Made by a program: the position numbers and the translations under genes. Positions 49,675 through 63,690 of a stretch of DNA of 64,000 nucleotides are shown in pieces; position 1 is the stretch's first letter, and every line of letters begins with the position of its first letter. The stretch is from NCBI GenBank assembly GCA_964016885.1, contig OZ024741.1, positions 196,726,001 through 196,790,000 on the forward strand. Direction: 5' to 3'. The notes beneath the pieces were generated by a model, which did no database searches, was not told the origin of the DNA, and saw nothing but the letters and a program-made list of their open reading frames with translations. Source of the stretch: Eledone cirrhosa (taxonomy: Eukaryota).

Positions 49675-51973
49675 GTAAAACAACTATCTGCTGTTTCATA
49701 ATCACCTTTTAACATTTATATGGCTAGATTGGCCAGATGACCATGTTTAACTTATATGTTCCATTTTTGGTTTCATTTCTGCAGCTGGATACTTTTATTG
49801 TGGTGCTAGCACTACCACCTAACAGGGCAGACTGGGTGCTTTTTTATCATGGTACCAGCACTACCACCTTATAGGGTGAAAACTGGGTGATTTTTACCAT
49901 GGTACCAACACTATCAATTTACATTGTAGACTGGAAGTATTTTATCATGACACCAACATTACCACTTTACAGAGTAGGCTGGGAGTATTTTATCAGGCTG
50001 CTTATTTTGGACAAAGAGAGATTCTTATAAATGCTTACTTTTTAGATGAAGTTACAAAAAATAGAGATATTTCAAGCTACAATCTAGTTGTAATTGTTGC
50101 TTAGTATACCTATGGGTTATTTTGGTATTGTATTGAGTGCAATTTAGCTGATAGAAAGGACATCTGGTCTTGTAAATTCAGATACCAATTCAGATATTCA
50201 ACAGATACATTTAAAAAAAGAAAATTGAATCATCATCACCATTTAACATCTATTTTCCTTTCAAGCATAGGTAAAACATGTCATCATAGACTTAGACTGG
50301 TCAGTACTCAAGTGGAGCCTCTGGCCTCCAGGTGGGTTGGTGGCTGACTACGGTCACACGCACTATTAAATACATCTTATCATGGTACCAACACTAGGAA
50401 GTTATCATGTCTTTGACACAGCCAAAGTGTCCTCTCAACTCTTTGTTTGGCAGGTTTTCTATGGCTGGATGCCTTTTCTATCACCTACCTCTTTACAAAG
50501 TGTAATGAGTGTGTTTATCATGTTAGTGATCAGCACTAGGGAGGTTATAATGTCTTTGACACAGCTGAAGAATCCTCCTGACTCATCATCATCATTGTTT
50601 AACGTCTATCTTCCACGCTAGCATGGGTTTGTAAAAATAAAAATAAATATGAGGATTCATTAAATAGATTGTATTACATTCTATGTAATTTATAGATATT
50701 TTAGTCAGTTATGGAAATTTATTTCCTTTTGTTTTAAAAAATTATTTGTATACCAATACTAAAATTTGTGTACACAATTCAAATATCAAGTGCTATACTG
50801 AAATAAAATTCATCATCATTATCACTATTTAACATCTATTTTCTATGCTTGCTTGGATTAAGCCACTGTCATATGTTGAGGCCAGACTGGTCAAGTGACC
50901 AAGTGCTGCTCATATGCTTTGTTTTAGCTTGGTTTCTATGACTGGATGCCCTTCCTAATTCCAATCACTTTACAGCATATACTTGGAGCATGGTTTCTAT
51001 GGCTGGATGCCCTTCCTAACACCAACCATTTTACTGATAGTAATGGGAGCATTTTGTGACTCCGACTCTGGCTAGCACTACTTCATTACAGCACTAGGGT
51101 GTTCAGTTTACATGGTGGTGCCCAGCTTTCTTAAGTGGCTTAAAAAGGGACATTTATAAACTGCTTAGAATAGGTGGTGTCTGCCCATTTTGGGGTCTGC
51201 TCAGCTTTCTTGGATTGGGAAAGTGTTGGGAGTGCAAGGGTTCAGCAGGGGAAGATGACTCAGTCTTGGTTCCTCCTAGATTATCATGCTAGCATGGGTT
51301 GGGTGAAGAAGTCAGGAGTATATTGGCAGGTGAAGCCCTGAGAATTGTTTCCTCTCTCTGCTTCTTCAGGTTTACAGTGGAGAAGGGGTTCAGTGGCATG
51401 CTGGCAGGGATTTCAGGAATAGACTGGCAAGCAAGTGTGGGGCCTGAGTGTTGTGCCACCTCTGTGCTTCTTCAGGTTTTAGGGTGGGTAGAGGGAGGTA
51501 GGTTAGCCATCTTCTTTGTGGTGCTTCATTCCATTTGCTTGGTAAGGCAAGTTCCATGTGCTTTGTTTATCTCTATTGCTACTACTACTAATATTACTTA
51601 TCAATTCTTTGCTGCTACATTTTTGTCTCTCCTCCTGCTATCACATTCTTTTTGTATCTCATTTATTGGGTCCTTAACTATTAATGTCCTGTACCACATG
51701 TAACCACATTAGCTACACTTTCTTGAAAAATACAAAACAGCCCTATAACTGTATCACTCTTTACTTTAATATTGTAAATTTTCACAACAATCTGTCCACT
51801 TAGTAAAGTTACTATAAATATTTGACTTATTTGACTAATGTTTTTATTGGCTAAATCATTGCAGGATGTTAATAGTTAAATACTTAAGTTTTTCCACATT
51901 CTGGATCTCACTTTCTATTCATATGTCCCTTTCAACTTTTAATTTATAACTATTCACTAACATTATTTAGTTA

Positions 51974-52462
51974 CCTAAACTTTTATATAAGCCAAGAAAT
52001 ATGTGACAAAAAAATTCTGTGGTAAACTGGAGGGTTGGCTAATATTCGAGGTCAATATTTTGCTGATTTTCACCAACTTCAAATATTAAGTAAATGAGGT
52101 TTCAATTTTGTCGTGAAATTCGTATTTTCTATTGTTTTTCATATATTTTGAATGAATATTGCTTTCAAAATAGCTGGATGCGTTTTGAATGAATATGGTC
52201 TTCAAAATGGGCAGAAATGGGTAAAAACTGTTTATGTAATGGAATTATAAAACAAAAACTATACTCTAAACAACACTTATTACATTTTAAATATCGAAAT
52301 ATTAAAATTTCATAAAAATATTCTCCACTCTTGAGAATTTTAGAATTGTGCCATCGAAACATAATGTGTTGATTACCTACCTTGGCTTATAAGCAGGGTT
52401 TGGATTTTCGCCCATTTCTCAGACATAAAACAGGGGTTCGGCTTATATTTGAATATATATGG
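51974..52462 (-). mobile_element. Tc1/mariner (Tc2/pogo-like) MITE, inverted relative to 58378-58809
   Basis: Right end reads (reverse complement) CCATATATATTCAAATATAAGCCGAACCCCTGTTTTATGTCTGAG..., aligning with 58378 onward; left boundary approximate. Confidence 0.75.
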
Positions 52463-52565
52463 CACATCTCACATTTACTGTTAATACAAGAGAAAACAGC
52501 CATTAAGAAGAAGAAATGCTGAAGGAGAATATTAAAAATATCTTTTTTTTCTTTTTTGATTGTAG

Positions 52566-52694
<129 letters not shown>

Positions 52695-53370
52695 TAATAT
52701 TGTTATTTAGTGTAAAAATATTTACTAAGTTGGTCTTGTAATATACATATCATATATTAAAAGTTTGAACTAAACTAATTTAATACTTTTATTAAAATAT
52801 TGATTTCTCTTTACTAAGCACAAGACCAATATTCATGTAGGTATGGTATAGTTGGCTGAATAGGCCCTGCTTTGTTATTTAACCTTTTTGATACCAAACT
52901 GTCTGAAACTACCCCTGGTTCTGTGATTACAATATTGTATATTTTAAAGTGTTAATATTTGTCTAAAAACTTTCTATCATTTTATGTTATGCTCCATAAT
53001 AATGAAAAAACCCTCCAAATTCTTGATTATTTTCATTAGAAATATGGTAATGAAATGGTTAACTTGTTTTATCAATATTCTGGTGGAATAAAAGAAAAGT
53101 GTAAGAATTAAATTAATACAATTTCACTGCTCACATGGTTATTAAATTGCCCTATAGTTTTAAAGATTTTTTAGAAATAAATATTTTAATGAAATTTGTC
53201 AATGCTTAGCCAGAGAAAATAAAATTTGTTTGACAGAAAATACAAATAAGAGTTTCTTTTGTAAATAGGTAGCTGGACATGTAAGTTTGAGTCCTTAATA
53301 AAGATGTTACTTTCTCTCAGATCATCTTGCTGGGTAATATATACAAGTTGCTTTCTATGGGAGGTAGCTA

Positions 53371-56300
53371 CATCATCATCATCATCATTTAATGTCTATC
53401 TTCCACGCTAGCATGGGTTTAGATGGGAATTGTCCCACTTGAGGCAAGATTGGTTGGGTGACTGTGTCTCGCTCGTATAGGACTGTCTGGCAGGTTTTCT
53501 ATGGCTGGATGCCCTTCCTAACACCAACCACATTTACAGTGTGGACTGGGAGGTTTTTACCATGTTACCTACACGGCCACATTACAGCGTGGACTGTGTT
53601 TTTTTGTCATGACCCCTACATGACCTCATATATTTTGGACTGGATGTTGTGGTACCAACATAATTTTACAGAGAAAGGGTGGTGTTGGTGGGAGTGGGAG
53701 GGTGGAGTTGGGGTATATATTTGGTTAAGAGGTGGCTACCTACTAGGTTTCGCTTTGTACATAGGCAAGGCGGGTCTTCTGTATTACTGCGTGGTGCCAA
53801 AGATCTCGGTCCAGAGACATTGTCTTAGAGAGGTGCATGTGTGTAAAGTTGGAATTTATCAAATCATCCCAGGTTTTTCTGGGTCTACCTACTCCGTAAC
53901 TTCCATCAATTTTGATGGCCCTGCACTTTTTTATACAGCTGTCTCTTTCATGCGCATTACGTGACCATACCAGCATAGTCTTCTCTCAAGTAAACAGCAT
54001 CTGATCCCTCTTATTCCTAATTTCTCACTTAGTTCATATATGTTTTGCCGTTCGCGTGCCTCATTCCTCTCCAGTCTGTGCAGGTCCTCTGCACACAACG
54101 CCCATGTCTCACTGCCATGTAACATTGTTGTTCGTATACAGGCATCATACAATCTGCCTTTCATTTTTAGAGAGAAACCTTTAGTGGCCAATAGTGGTAT
54201 AAGCTCTCTGGCTTTCAGAGCACCCTTCACCACTGTTGATTTTGTCACCCAGGTAACAGAAAGTGTCCACTATTTCTATGGAACCATCTGGGCAATAGAA
54301 GGAGCTAGTATCCTATGGGCACTTGTTACTTATTGCACCTGAGCATCGGCCACATATAAAATCTACGTTCTTAGATAGCTTACCTACATCTTTTATGTAC
54401 CCATACTTTGCATTTGGGACATAAAATGGAATTTCTGCCTACTCCTTTCCTACACACTGAGCATGGCCATTTCCCAGAGGTCACCTGTGCCCTATTTTCC
54501 TTTCTACAAACTAGAACTTTAATCTTAGACAAGTTTAAGGCCTTTTGATTCTAGGCCATGCTTCCATGTTTGGAATTTCTTCTCTAGTTCAGCCATCAAT
54601 TCAGCTATGAGAGTTAGATCATCTGCGTATAGAAGTTCCCATGGGCAGCTGGTCTTGAACTCCTCTGTTATAGCCTGAAGGGCAATAATAAATAGGAGGG
54701 TGCTAAGGACAAAGCCTTAATGAACACCAACTTTTATGCTAAATTCTTCACTATATTCATTGTTAATTCTAACCTTACTGACTGTTTCATTATACATAGC
54801 TTGTATAGCTCTCACAAGCCATTCATCAACACCTAGTTTTCTAAGAGGCCACCAGATAATGCAGCGGGGGACTCTGTCAAAGACTTTCTCCAGGTCTACA
54901 AAAGCTAAATAGAGGGGTTTACTATTAGCTAGGTACTTCTCTTGTAGTTGTCGTACAAGGAAAAGAGCATCTGTGGTACTTTTACCTGACACAAATCTAA
55001 ACTGCATTTCATCTAGATCAATTCGCTCTCTGATTAGTTGTGCTATAACTCTTTTTTGTGACCTTCATGACCTGGTCAACTAACTTAATGCCCCTATAGT
55101 TTCCCCTATCTAGAGCATCTCCTTTACCCTTGTAGCGGTTAATGATGATGCTGCTACGCCAATCATTTGGTATGACCCCATTCTGTATTACTTGGTTAAC
55201 TATACAGGTGACCATAGTGTGTCCCACCGTCCAGATGCTTTCAGCATTTCAGCAACTATTTCCGAAGGCCCAGCCGCCTTGCCTGTCTACATATCTTTGA
55301 TTGCCTTACTTATTATACTACCTTTAACTTGCACCGTTGGTCCCTCTATTGGATTGATTTGGGGCAGACTATCTTTTTCCCATTTATTCTCCTCATTTAG
55401 TAGTCTTTCGAAGTGACACTTCCAAGCTCCCTTATCAGTATCAGTGAGGGCAAGTACACCATCATCATTAAGAACACACTTCTCCCTGACAATATCACAG
55501 TTTTCCTTGACACATTGTCTTGCAACACCCACGTTTATGGTCCTCGCATTGTAGAACATGCTTGAACTTTCTTTCCTCTGCTTTCCTTCTTGCAAAGTAC
55601 ACTTGTCTCCTAGCTTCTCTCCTGGCCATTTGATAGTGTTCTCTACTTCCCCCATCCCGCCATACTTTCCAAGCCTGCTTTTTGGCATTGATTGACTCCT
55701 CCACCCTATTGTCCACCACCAAGTTTCTCCTTCTGCCTATAGGTCTGCTCCAGCCACAGATTTCATCTGTCGCCTTCAGCAGGTTAACTAACAAGAATTC
55801 CCACTGTTCGTCTATACTCTACGTCTCTAATTGCTCTTCCTTACTGTCAAAAGCATCAAGTAATAAGCTTTTAAATTTGTTACTGGATGTGGAGTCCTTC
55901 AACTTCCATATTCTTCTCCCCAGGGTAGTCACCTCTGTTGTCGAGTACGTCTAGTCCTGACTATGAGGTCACTAACTATGAGGCTATGTTGGGAGGTGCA
56001 TTCTTCATGGGGGAGGGATTTAGTGTTTACAACAGACACTCTCTCATGTCTTCTCGTAAGGATATAATCTATCTGGCTGGCGTGTTCCCCTGATCTATAG
56101 GTGATCAAGTTATTGTCTCGTTTTTTGAAGTTTGTGTTACAGATAGTTAGGTTATTAGCGTCACAGAATTCCAGGATTCTGAAGCCTTCCTCATTTCTAG
56201 TACCAAACCCATAGCTTCCATGGATTCTGTCATAGCCATCACTATGTTGTCCAACATGACTATTTAGGTCGCCAGCAATAATTATGAAGTCACTGTCGGT

Positions 56301-56770
56301 TATTTGGGAGGTAGTGAGCATTAGCGACTCATATAACGTCAGATAAGCCAGATTGGGGTGCATAAGCGGATATTATTGTCACAGTAGTTCTATTTAGGAC
56401 AAGTCTTATTTTAATTATTCTGTCATTCACTCTATTTATGGCAATTACCTTATCTACTAATTTTTCTGCTACCATGATTCCTACTCCACCCAGCCCATTG
56501 TTATTTCCCACCCAGAAAAGTTTATAGCATCGTTTTTTACCCACAATGAATCTAACAGACCCACCTCTCCACCTAGTCTCTTGAACACAACAAACATCAA
56601 CTTCCTTACGTTCAAGCATCTCTACAACCTCATTAGAGCGACCTTTTAAAGTGCCTACATTCATGGTACCAACCCTGAAGTTTTGGATTTCATTGGGTGA
56701 GTGGAAGGGATAGGTTGGAGGTGCAGGTAGGGATGTGGGAGATGGAATTATGTTGGCCATCCATGTCTGA
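53371..56770 (-). mobile_element. Near-full-length decayed RTE LINE (family B), antisense in kinase intron
   Basis: [58 protein letters not shown]; ATC-repeat tail at 53371. Confidence 0.95.
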
Positions 56771-57823
56771 AATAAAGAGGAGTCCTTGCATTCTCCGGCA
56801 GCGGGAGGTGAATTTATCTTTATCTTTCACGTCATTGAATGTTCAGATTGTTCACACTCCAAATTCTGTAGTCCATTTAGCATATCGAAAAGCAACCAGG
56901 TCTAAACTTAAGGAGTAAATAGCCGAGCCGGTGGCTTTGTGAAAGATTGGTAAGAGAAACATACTATAAACTGCTGAATTATGATTGGATCAAATAGCAA
57001 TGGTGGCAAGTGGGGGAGGGAAATGGGAAAGTTTACGAGAAGATTATTTTTATAAAGGTCTGACAGATTCATCCGTATTATTGAAAAGTTAAACGAACTA
57101 CATATATATATGTTTTCAGAATATATAACTGAATTGTAATGTGAAATTTATCATAGACCTTGTTTGCTTCAAGCCAGTGTAATTTCACTCAAAAATGAAT
57201 TAAATAGAATATTTCTTTACATTTATTGAATATGAAACTAACCTATCAGAAAGACAAAATCATTGATCACTTTAAAAATATGTATTTTTTAATGAGTATT
57301 GTGACTCAGATATTTTTAATAACACCTCTATTCTTTTTCTTGTTTCTCATAAAATTGGCCATGTTCTTTAATGTAGAATTTATTCTCACAGAGTTAATGT
57401 TACCTAAACATTAAAAAATTATTATTTCAACTTGGAATCAATGATGTGTAGCACTTGAAAATGCTTGACTTCATTTTTTAAAGCTGTTTATTAATTGCTT
57501 TTAGTTGTTGGGAGTACTTGTAATCTAGAATCTAATGAGTTATAATCATTTGGTTGTCCTTATCTTCTCACCAGATTGATTAAATTGAAAAAACTTTGCA
57601 AAATTTTGAACCTAAAAACCATGTAGCAGCAGCTTGCTAATTTCTAGTCAATACAACATGAGTTGTTTCTTTTAATAAACTGATTCAGGAGTTCACCACC
57701 TAGCACAAATTTTAGCTGCACAGCTATTACTATTCAGCTAACTTTTACCAGTTAAAAAAAAGTAATAAATATCTTACCATCTATAATTGAACTGTAAATC
57801 TAATTGTAGTTGTTTCATTTTAG

Positions 57824-57907
57824 ACCCATCGTGCCTACTCATATTGTGGAACCATGGAATATATGGCACCTGAAGTTGTAAGAGGAAGTTCAGCTGGACA
57901 CGATTTT
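57824..57907 (+). CDS. RPS6KA5: MSK exon (THRAYSYCGTMEYMAPEVVRGSSAGHDF)
   Basis: tttAG/GTAAG boundaries, 84 nt, phase 0/0; activation loop with conserved Ser and APE motif. Confidence 0.96.
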
Positions 57908-58165
57908 GTAAGTTCATGTGTAACTATTTCATTAATATTGTTTATTTTGATTAACACCTTGTACCATATGAAATTGCGTTAGCATTCTTGAAAAGTATAA
58001 AGCAGCATGACTACATTACATTACATTACAAGTTAAAGTCTCTACTTCATTACTGCAAATTTTCACAATGATCTGCCCTTTAGTAAAGATACTGTAAACA
58101 GTAGAATTAACAAACCTGTTTTTATATATTTCTGCTCAACTCATTAGAGAATGTTATGAGTTAAG

Positions 58166-58349
58166 GGCGGTGGATTGGCAGTATCGGTAGAGGGCCGGAC
58201 GCCATGCTTTCCAGCATAGTTACGTCCCTTTACGATCTGAGTTCAAATCCCGCCGAGGTTTACTTTGCCTTTCATCCTTACGGGGTCGATAAAATAAAGT
58301 ACCAGTAATGCACTGGGTAATTGCTGGCCTTGTGCCTAAAGTAGAAACA
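58166..58349 (+). mobile_element. SINE with 13-bp TSD GTT(A/G)TGAGTTAAG
   Basis: TSD at 58153-58165 and 58350-58362. Confidence 0.92.
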
Positions 58350-58377
58350 GTTGTGAGTTAAGTACTTGGTAGATCTA

Positions 58378-58809
58378 CCATATATACTTGGATATAAGCC
58401 AACCCCTATTTTATGTCTGAAAAATAGGCAAAAATCCAAACCCTGTGTATAAGCTAGGGCCGGTAATCAACACATTATGTTTAGATGGTGCGGTTTTGAA
58501 ATTTTGATGAGTGGGGAATATATTCATGTAGTTATAATATTTTGATATTTAAAATGTTTTAAGTATTGTTTAGAGATAATTTCTGTTTCACAACTCCATT
58601 ATGTAATGACTTTTTTCCAATATGAAGGCCATATTCATTAAAAAAACATCAAAACCAATTTCACTTCTAAAGTGAAACCGGTGTAATATTCAGCTCCAAA
58701 CGAAAATATTTTAGCACCTCATTTATATAGAATTTGAAGTTGATGAAAATTGGCAAAAGATTGACCTTGAATATAAGCAAACGTCCCACTTATATATGAG
58801 TATATATGG
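58378..58809 (+). mobile_element. Tc1/mariner (Tc2/pogo-like) MITE
   Basis: TA-CCATATATACTTGGATATAAG...CTTATATATGAGTATATATGG-TA: imperfect 21-bp TIRs with TA TSD. Confidence 0.82.
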
Positions 58810-59193
58810 TAATTTTAATAGTTGTTTTACCTTTAAATTGTATACTCTATTATATTATTAACAATATCATATACCTTTTCTTCTTTGTTACTATTTCCCC
58901 ATTAAATGGTGATGAAACATATTTATTTATAGTTAGCTTTCTCATGCTCCATGCATTAAATATGTTAACATTAACTTACATATTTTAGTTAGACTAGCTT
59001 TGGTTGATTTCACACTTCATCATTACTCATTCTTAGATAATAATTTGAGAAAATATTGAAATAGTCTTCAAATATGCTTTCCATATAATATCCACTACTG
59101 TATCATGCTAATATCATATGCAGGCATATGTCCTCGATGTAATTGAAAAGGAGTTATTTCTGATTAAATTTGATGTTTTGTTTATTTTATTAG

Positions 59194-59297
59194 TCTGTAG
59201 ACTGGTGGGCACTTGGAGTTCTTACATATGAACTCTTAACTGGAGCATCACCTTTTACTGTAGATGGAGAACGTAACTCATCAAAAGAAATCTCTAA
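59194..59297 (+). CDS. RPS6KA5: MSK exon ([35 protein letters not shown])
   Basis: attAG/GTAAG boundaries, 104 nt; subdomain IX with MSK-typical [14 protein letters not shown]. Confidence 0.97.
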
Positions 59298-59719
59298 GTA
59301 AGTTTTATTCTTTATTTATTCTGTTCTCATTTGAAAGAATAAGTGGTAAATTGTCAGAACTATTAGAATGTAGGATAGAATGCTTTATGGTATTCGTTCT
59401 GGCTCGACTCTGAGTTCAAATCTTTCTGAGGTTGCCTTGTCTTTTCATCCTTCCAGAGGTTGATAAAATAAAGTAACAGCCAACTACTGGGGTCGATTGT
59501 GTGTTAGTTGCAGAGTGCATTTTCATATTCATGCCATTTAAAAAGCAAGCATTGGTGCTTGCTTATGTCCCTTATAAACAATACGTCTCACCATTTCACA
59601 GTTTAACATATGTCAGTGATAATTATCATACTTCAAAATAATAAAGAACAAGTTGGCATCAGGTTGGGAATCTTGCCGTAGAATAACTGCCCAGAAAAGG
59701 GCAAGTGCTGCACTATCAT

Positions 59720-61350
59720 TTTGAATGCTCTTTTCTCTAACAACATCAGGATTTTCTCTGGTATGCTGTCTCACAATCTGGAATACTTCACACTTTTGAC
59801 ATGCACAAACTTTTTCTTTTCTGCCTCTCCCCTCACTAGATATACTTGGTGTCTGGGCTATCTTCTAGCTATTTGTGGTATTACTCTCTATCTCCCTCTT
59901 TCCTCTAGTCTCTCCAGGTTTGTCTTTTTACTTTTATGGCTCTAATTACCTTATCATTCCATCACCACATCACCCTCCATCTAGCTGAAACCAGCAGACC
60001 TAGTTTGTGGCTTCCAGTAAGCTGTCTCGTAGAATTTCCCAGTTTTTCTCTATGTTATATGTCTCTGTCTCCTCTTTGTTACTGTCATTGGTGTCAAGTG
60101 GGACTTCTCTGAATTTGTTACTTGCAGAGGGTTCTCTTAGCTTCCAGATTTTTCTTCTCCAAACTGGCTTTTGTCTCTTAGTCTGTCTAGCCTGCATCTA
60201 CTGTCATGTCTCCTTTGAAGTTCAGGCCAATGTTTTTTTATATTTTGCTTTGTTCTACTTTTCTAACAAGAAGATGAAACAAAGAGACTTCATAAATCAT
60301 TTTGCTACCAAAACAAGGTGGTCATCATCTTTAGTTCAAAACATATAAATTACTGATGCTCATGATAGCAGAGCTTCTGATATTTTTATTCTTTTCTTTA
60401 AGTTTTACTGGAAGATATGCATGGTAATTTCTACTGCACAATAAAACATATTTTAAGCATCTATGAGAGCTCTTTATAAAAGGCTGCTAATCTTCTTGAT
60501 GATAATCTGTTGTTTACAGTATTTGTAGAAGTCTAAAGGTGTCATTGCAGTATTTAAAATCTGTATCGTGGCTAAAGTAAGGAAGAAGTTTCTCTTTTCA
60601 TGATCATCATCGTTTAATGTCCATCTTCCATGCTAGTATAGGTAGGACCCTTAGGGAGAAAATCAGGTCAACTTGTTCTTTATTATTTTGTGGTATTACT
60701 CTCTATCTCCCTCTTTTCTCTAGTCTCTCCAGGTTTGTCTTTTTGCTTTTATGGCTCTAATTACCTTATCATTCCATCACCACATCACCCTCCATCTAGC
60801 CCCTGGGGCAGATTTTGGCTTGGTTTCTGCAGCTGGATGCACTTCCTAATGCCAACCACATTTACAGTGTGTGCTGGGTGATTTTTGTCATGTCACCTAC
60901 ACGATCACATTACAGTGTGGACTGGGCACTTTTTGTTGTGTCACTGACACGACCACTGTACATTTGTCTTGGAACTAGGGAGGTGGGAAGGGAGAAGGTT
61001 GAGGAAGGTGTTGCTTACTAGGTATAAGCCTCACTCCGAAGACTGCATTGCACCAAAGCCGCGGTCCTGTGTCATTGCTTTAGTGAGGTGTAATTGTGCA
61101 AGGTCAGCTTTTATTACCTCATCCCAAGTCTTCTTAGGCCTGCCCACTCCACTGCTACCATCAACTTTGAGCACTCTGAACCTTTTCATACAGCTGTTAT
61201 TCTTCATACGCATCACCTGTCCATACCAACACAATCTTCTCTTCTGCACACAACAACTGATCCCTTTTATGCCTAATTTCTCACGCAGTACATTTATACT
61301 TTGCCATTCATTGGAGGCTTCATGTATAAAAAGGTGCAGAGTTCTCAAAG
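59720..61350 (-). mobile_element. Rearranged RTE fragments
   Basis: KPVWRRKIWKLRE (60000-60197) and RRLCWYGQVMRM...GRPKKTW (61031-61348); internal duplication and inversion. Confidence 0.8.
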
Positions 61351-62475
61351 TTGGTTATTTTAGCTTCTGGCTTTAGACAGTTTTTTCTCTCAGTCTGAAT
61401 ACTAAAACAATTGTTGCTTGTTTTGACAGTTGAATCAAATCATTAAATTCTTCTAGGGAAAACTTCTCAACTGTTAAAAAGCTTCCTTCATATTCACTGC
61501 CTCTGTTATCATCTGTACTATTTAGTAGGGGAATTTATTAGTTGTGAGGAACATGTCATCTTGTTGATTCCAAATCAGGATACTCCCACATGTGTTTCTT
61601 GTAACAATTGAAAACCTTCACAACACAAAATTATCAACAATTGTAGTGGCTTTGGATCTTTATCCAGACCATATCCACAGAAATTTTCAAAATATTTCGT
61701 TTTCAAATTTTCCATTGTTATAAGTACTTCACACATGTTTTGCAAACTTTACAGGAAGTCTATGACTTATCCTTGTCATCAAATTTCATTCCAAAATAAG
61801 CAAGATATGCTTTTTTGATGAAGTCAGTACTGTTTTTCCTTTGTCTTTACAAAGTGAATTTGCCACATGTTAAAGATAAGATTATATTATAAAGTATATT
61901 GGATAAAAACAATGTTGAAAGGTAAAAAGGTAAACCTTATCTTTCTGTTTCTGTCAGAAATTATAGGTTGTAAGATCATTATTTCAATGGTATCCAGTAT
62001 CTTGAAAACTAGAGTCAATTTAGTGAAACTAATATCACGTTTAGATTCAGCAAGGGCAATGGATTGGGTGGAATTGCTAGAGCATCAGACAAAATGGTCT
62101 GTACCATTAGTTACACCCCTTTATGTTCTGAGTTCAAATCTCACTGAAGTCAGCTTTGCCTTTCATCCTTCTGAAATCAATAAATGAAGTGCCAGTAAAA
62201 TATTGCTGGCGATTTAACCAAATTTTCCGTCTATCCCCATGTCTATGCTGGTAACAATTTTTAGATTCAGCACCCCTATACCATGAGTTTGTGCAAATAC
62301 AGCAGCTCTTAATACTATGAGTTTGTGCAAATATTCTTGAGGCAACTAAACAAAATTTTTTGTTATTGAGCAGTGTAGTTGATTTCATTTTTTGACATTT
62401 TACAAAATTTGTTCAAAATTTTATTTTCTTACATTAATTATTCTCTTATTTGTTTTCTGTTTTTCTTATTTATAG

Positions 62476-62620
62476 ACGAATTCTTGAAAAACACCCGCCA
62501 ATTCCTCAACATTTTTCTCCAGCAACAAAATCTTACATTATCTCTTTACTACACAAAGATCCTACTAAACGGCTTGGTTACAATGGAGCTGAGGAGATTA
62601 AACGGCATCCATTTTTTAAT
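62476..62620 (+). CDS. RPS6KA5: MSK exon (RILEKHPPIPQHFSPATKSYIISLLHKDPTKRLGYNGAEEIKRHPFFN); gene continues beyond window
   Basis: tatAG/GTGAG boundaries, 145 nt; phase-2 start completes AA+A (Lys); subdomains X-XI (KDPTKRLG...EIKRHPFF). Confidence 0.95.
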
Positions 62621-63479
62621 GTGAGTAGATAAATACTGGATTATTTCAAAATATTTGCTAGTTTATCACCTGAAATGGTTTAAGGTTGATAAAAATAAGT
62701 GTTATGTCTGCCCTTGCTATGCTTTATCACAGATGCTGTAAAGTAGCTAATGATTGAACAGAGATGACATAGGATAGAGAGAATTCTTTAGTCTTGTCGA
62801 AGGCATGAAGACCTCTCTAACTAATGGTAATGCCATGATAAAATGTGTTTGTGTTAGGAAAGACATGAATGAGATGTGGTCTTCCAATCAGTTTAGGAGG
62901 GCAGTAACCCTGAATAAGTACTAATTTGAACTGTAAAAACCCATCCAACCTATGCCATCATGGAAAGTGGATGTATGAAGATATATCTATCTATCTCTCT
63001 CTATATATATATATGCCAGTGTGGAAGAACATACATTAAATAATGTTGATATATATAGTGGGATGGCGTTATCTTATGGCTAAAACAGCACGACGTGCTG
63101 TGACCTGCGGCGCCGATTGGCGCCCGACAGACTGGTCGGTCAAGGTGATCAAGGTGATATTCATTTACATATGGAAAAAAAAGTACTTCTACTGTTATAG
63201 AAGTTATACATTCTTTTGAATCTGATGTTTCCTTCTATTGCTACTCAGTTTCGCTGCCACATGTGAGTCTGAAGAATTACATGTGAGAAACTCTGAATAG
63301 TCACAGAGGGAGTCATCAGTTTTGATCAAATATATCCATATATTGATTCATTTTTGTTTTAGAGTAAGAATGTAGTCATTTGATTTGAAGTTAATATATT
63401 GCCATTTTATTTTGTCAATCCTGTGATACGGTTTTAGATTAGAATAATGAGTAATTGGATTAGATTCAGCAAAACATTT

Positions 63480-63690
63480 AAATAGGTGTTTTGCTGTCCT
63501 GGACCACCTTTATTACTGTATTCATTATGAATGGCAGAAGATGGTGTGAATAGAACTGGAATGAGATGGTTGGGTTATGTATTGAAGAAGGATGAAAGTA
63601 ATTAGATGGGAAGAGTGATGAAAATATATCTGGAAGGAAGTAGAGGAAGGGAAAGACCAAGACAGACATGGCTAAAAAAGGATGGTAGAG
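63480..63690 (+). mobile_element. Old RTE 3' fragment
   Basis: RLE*DGWV/RW.G remnant followed by EGSRGRERPRQTW. Confidence 0.6.
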
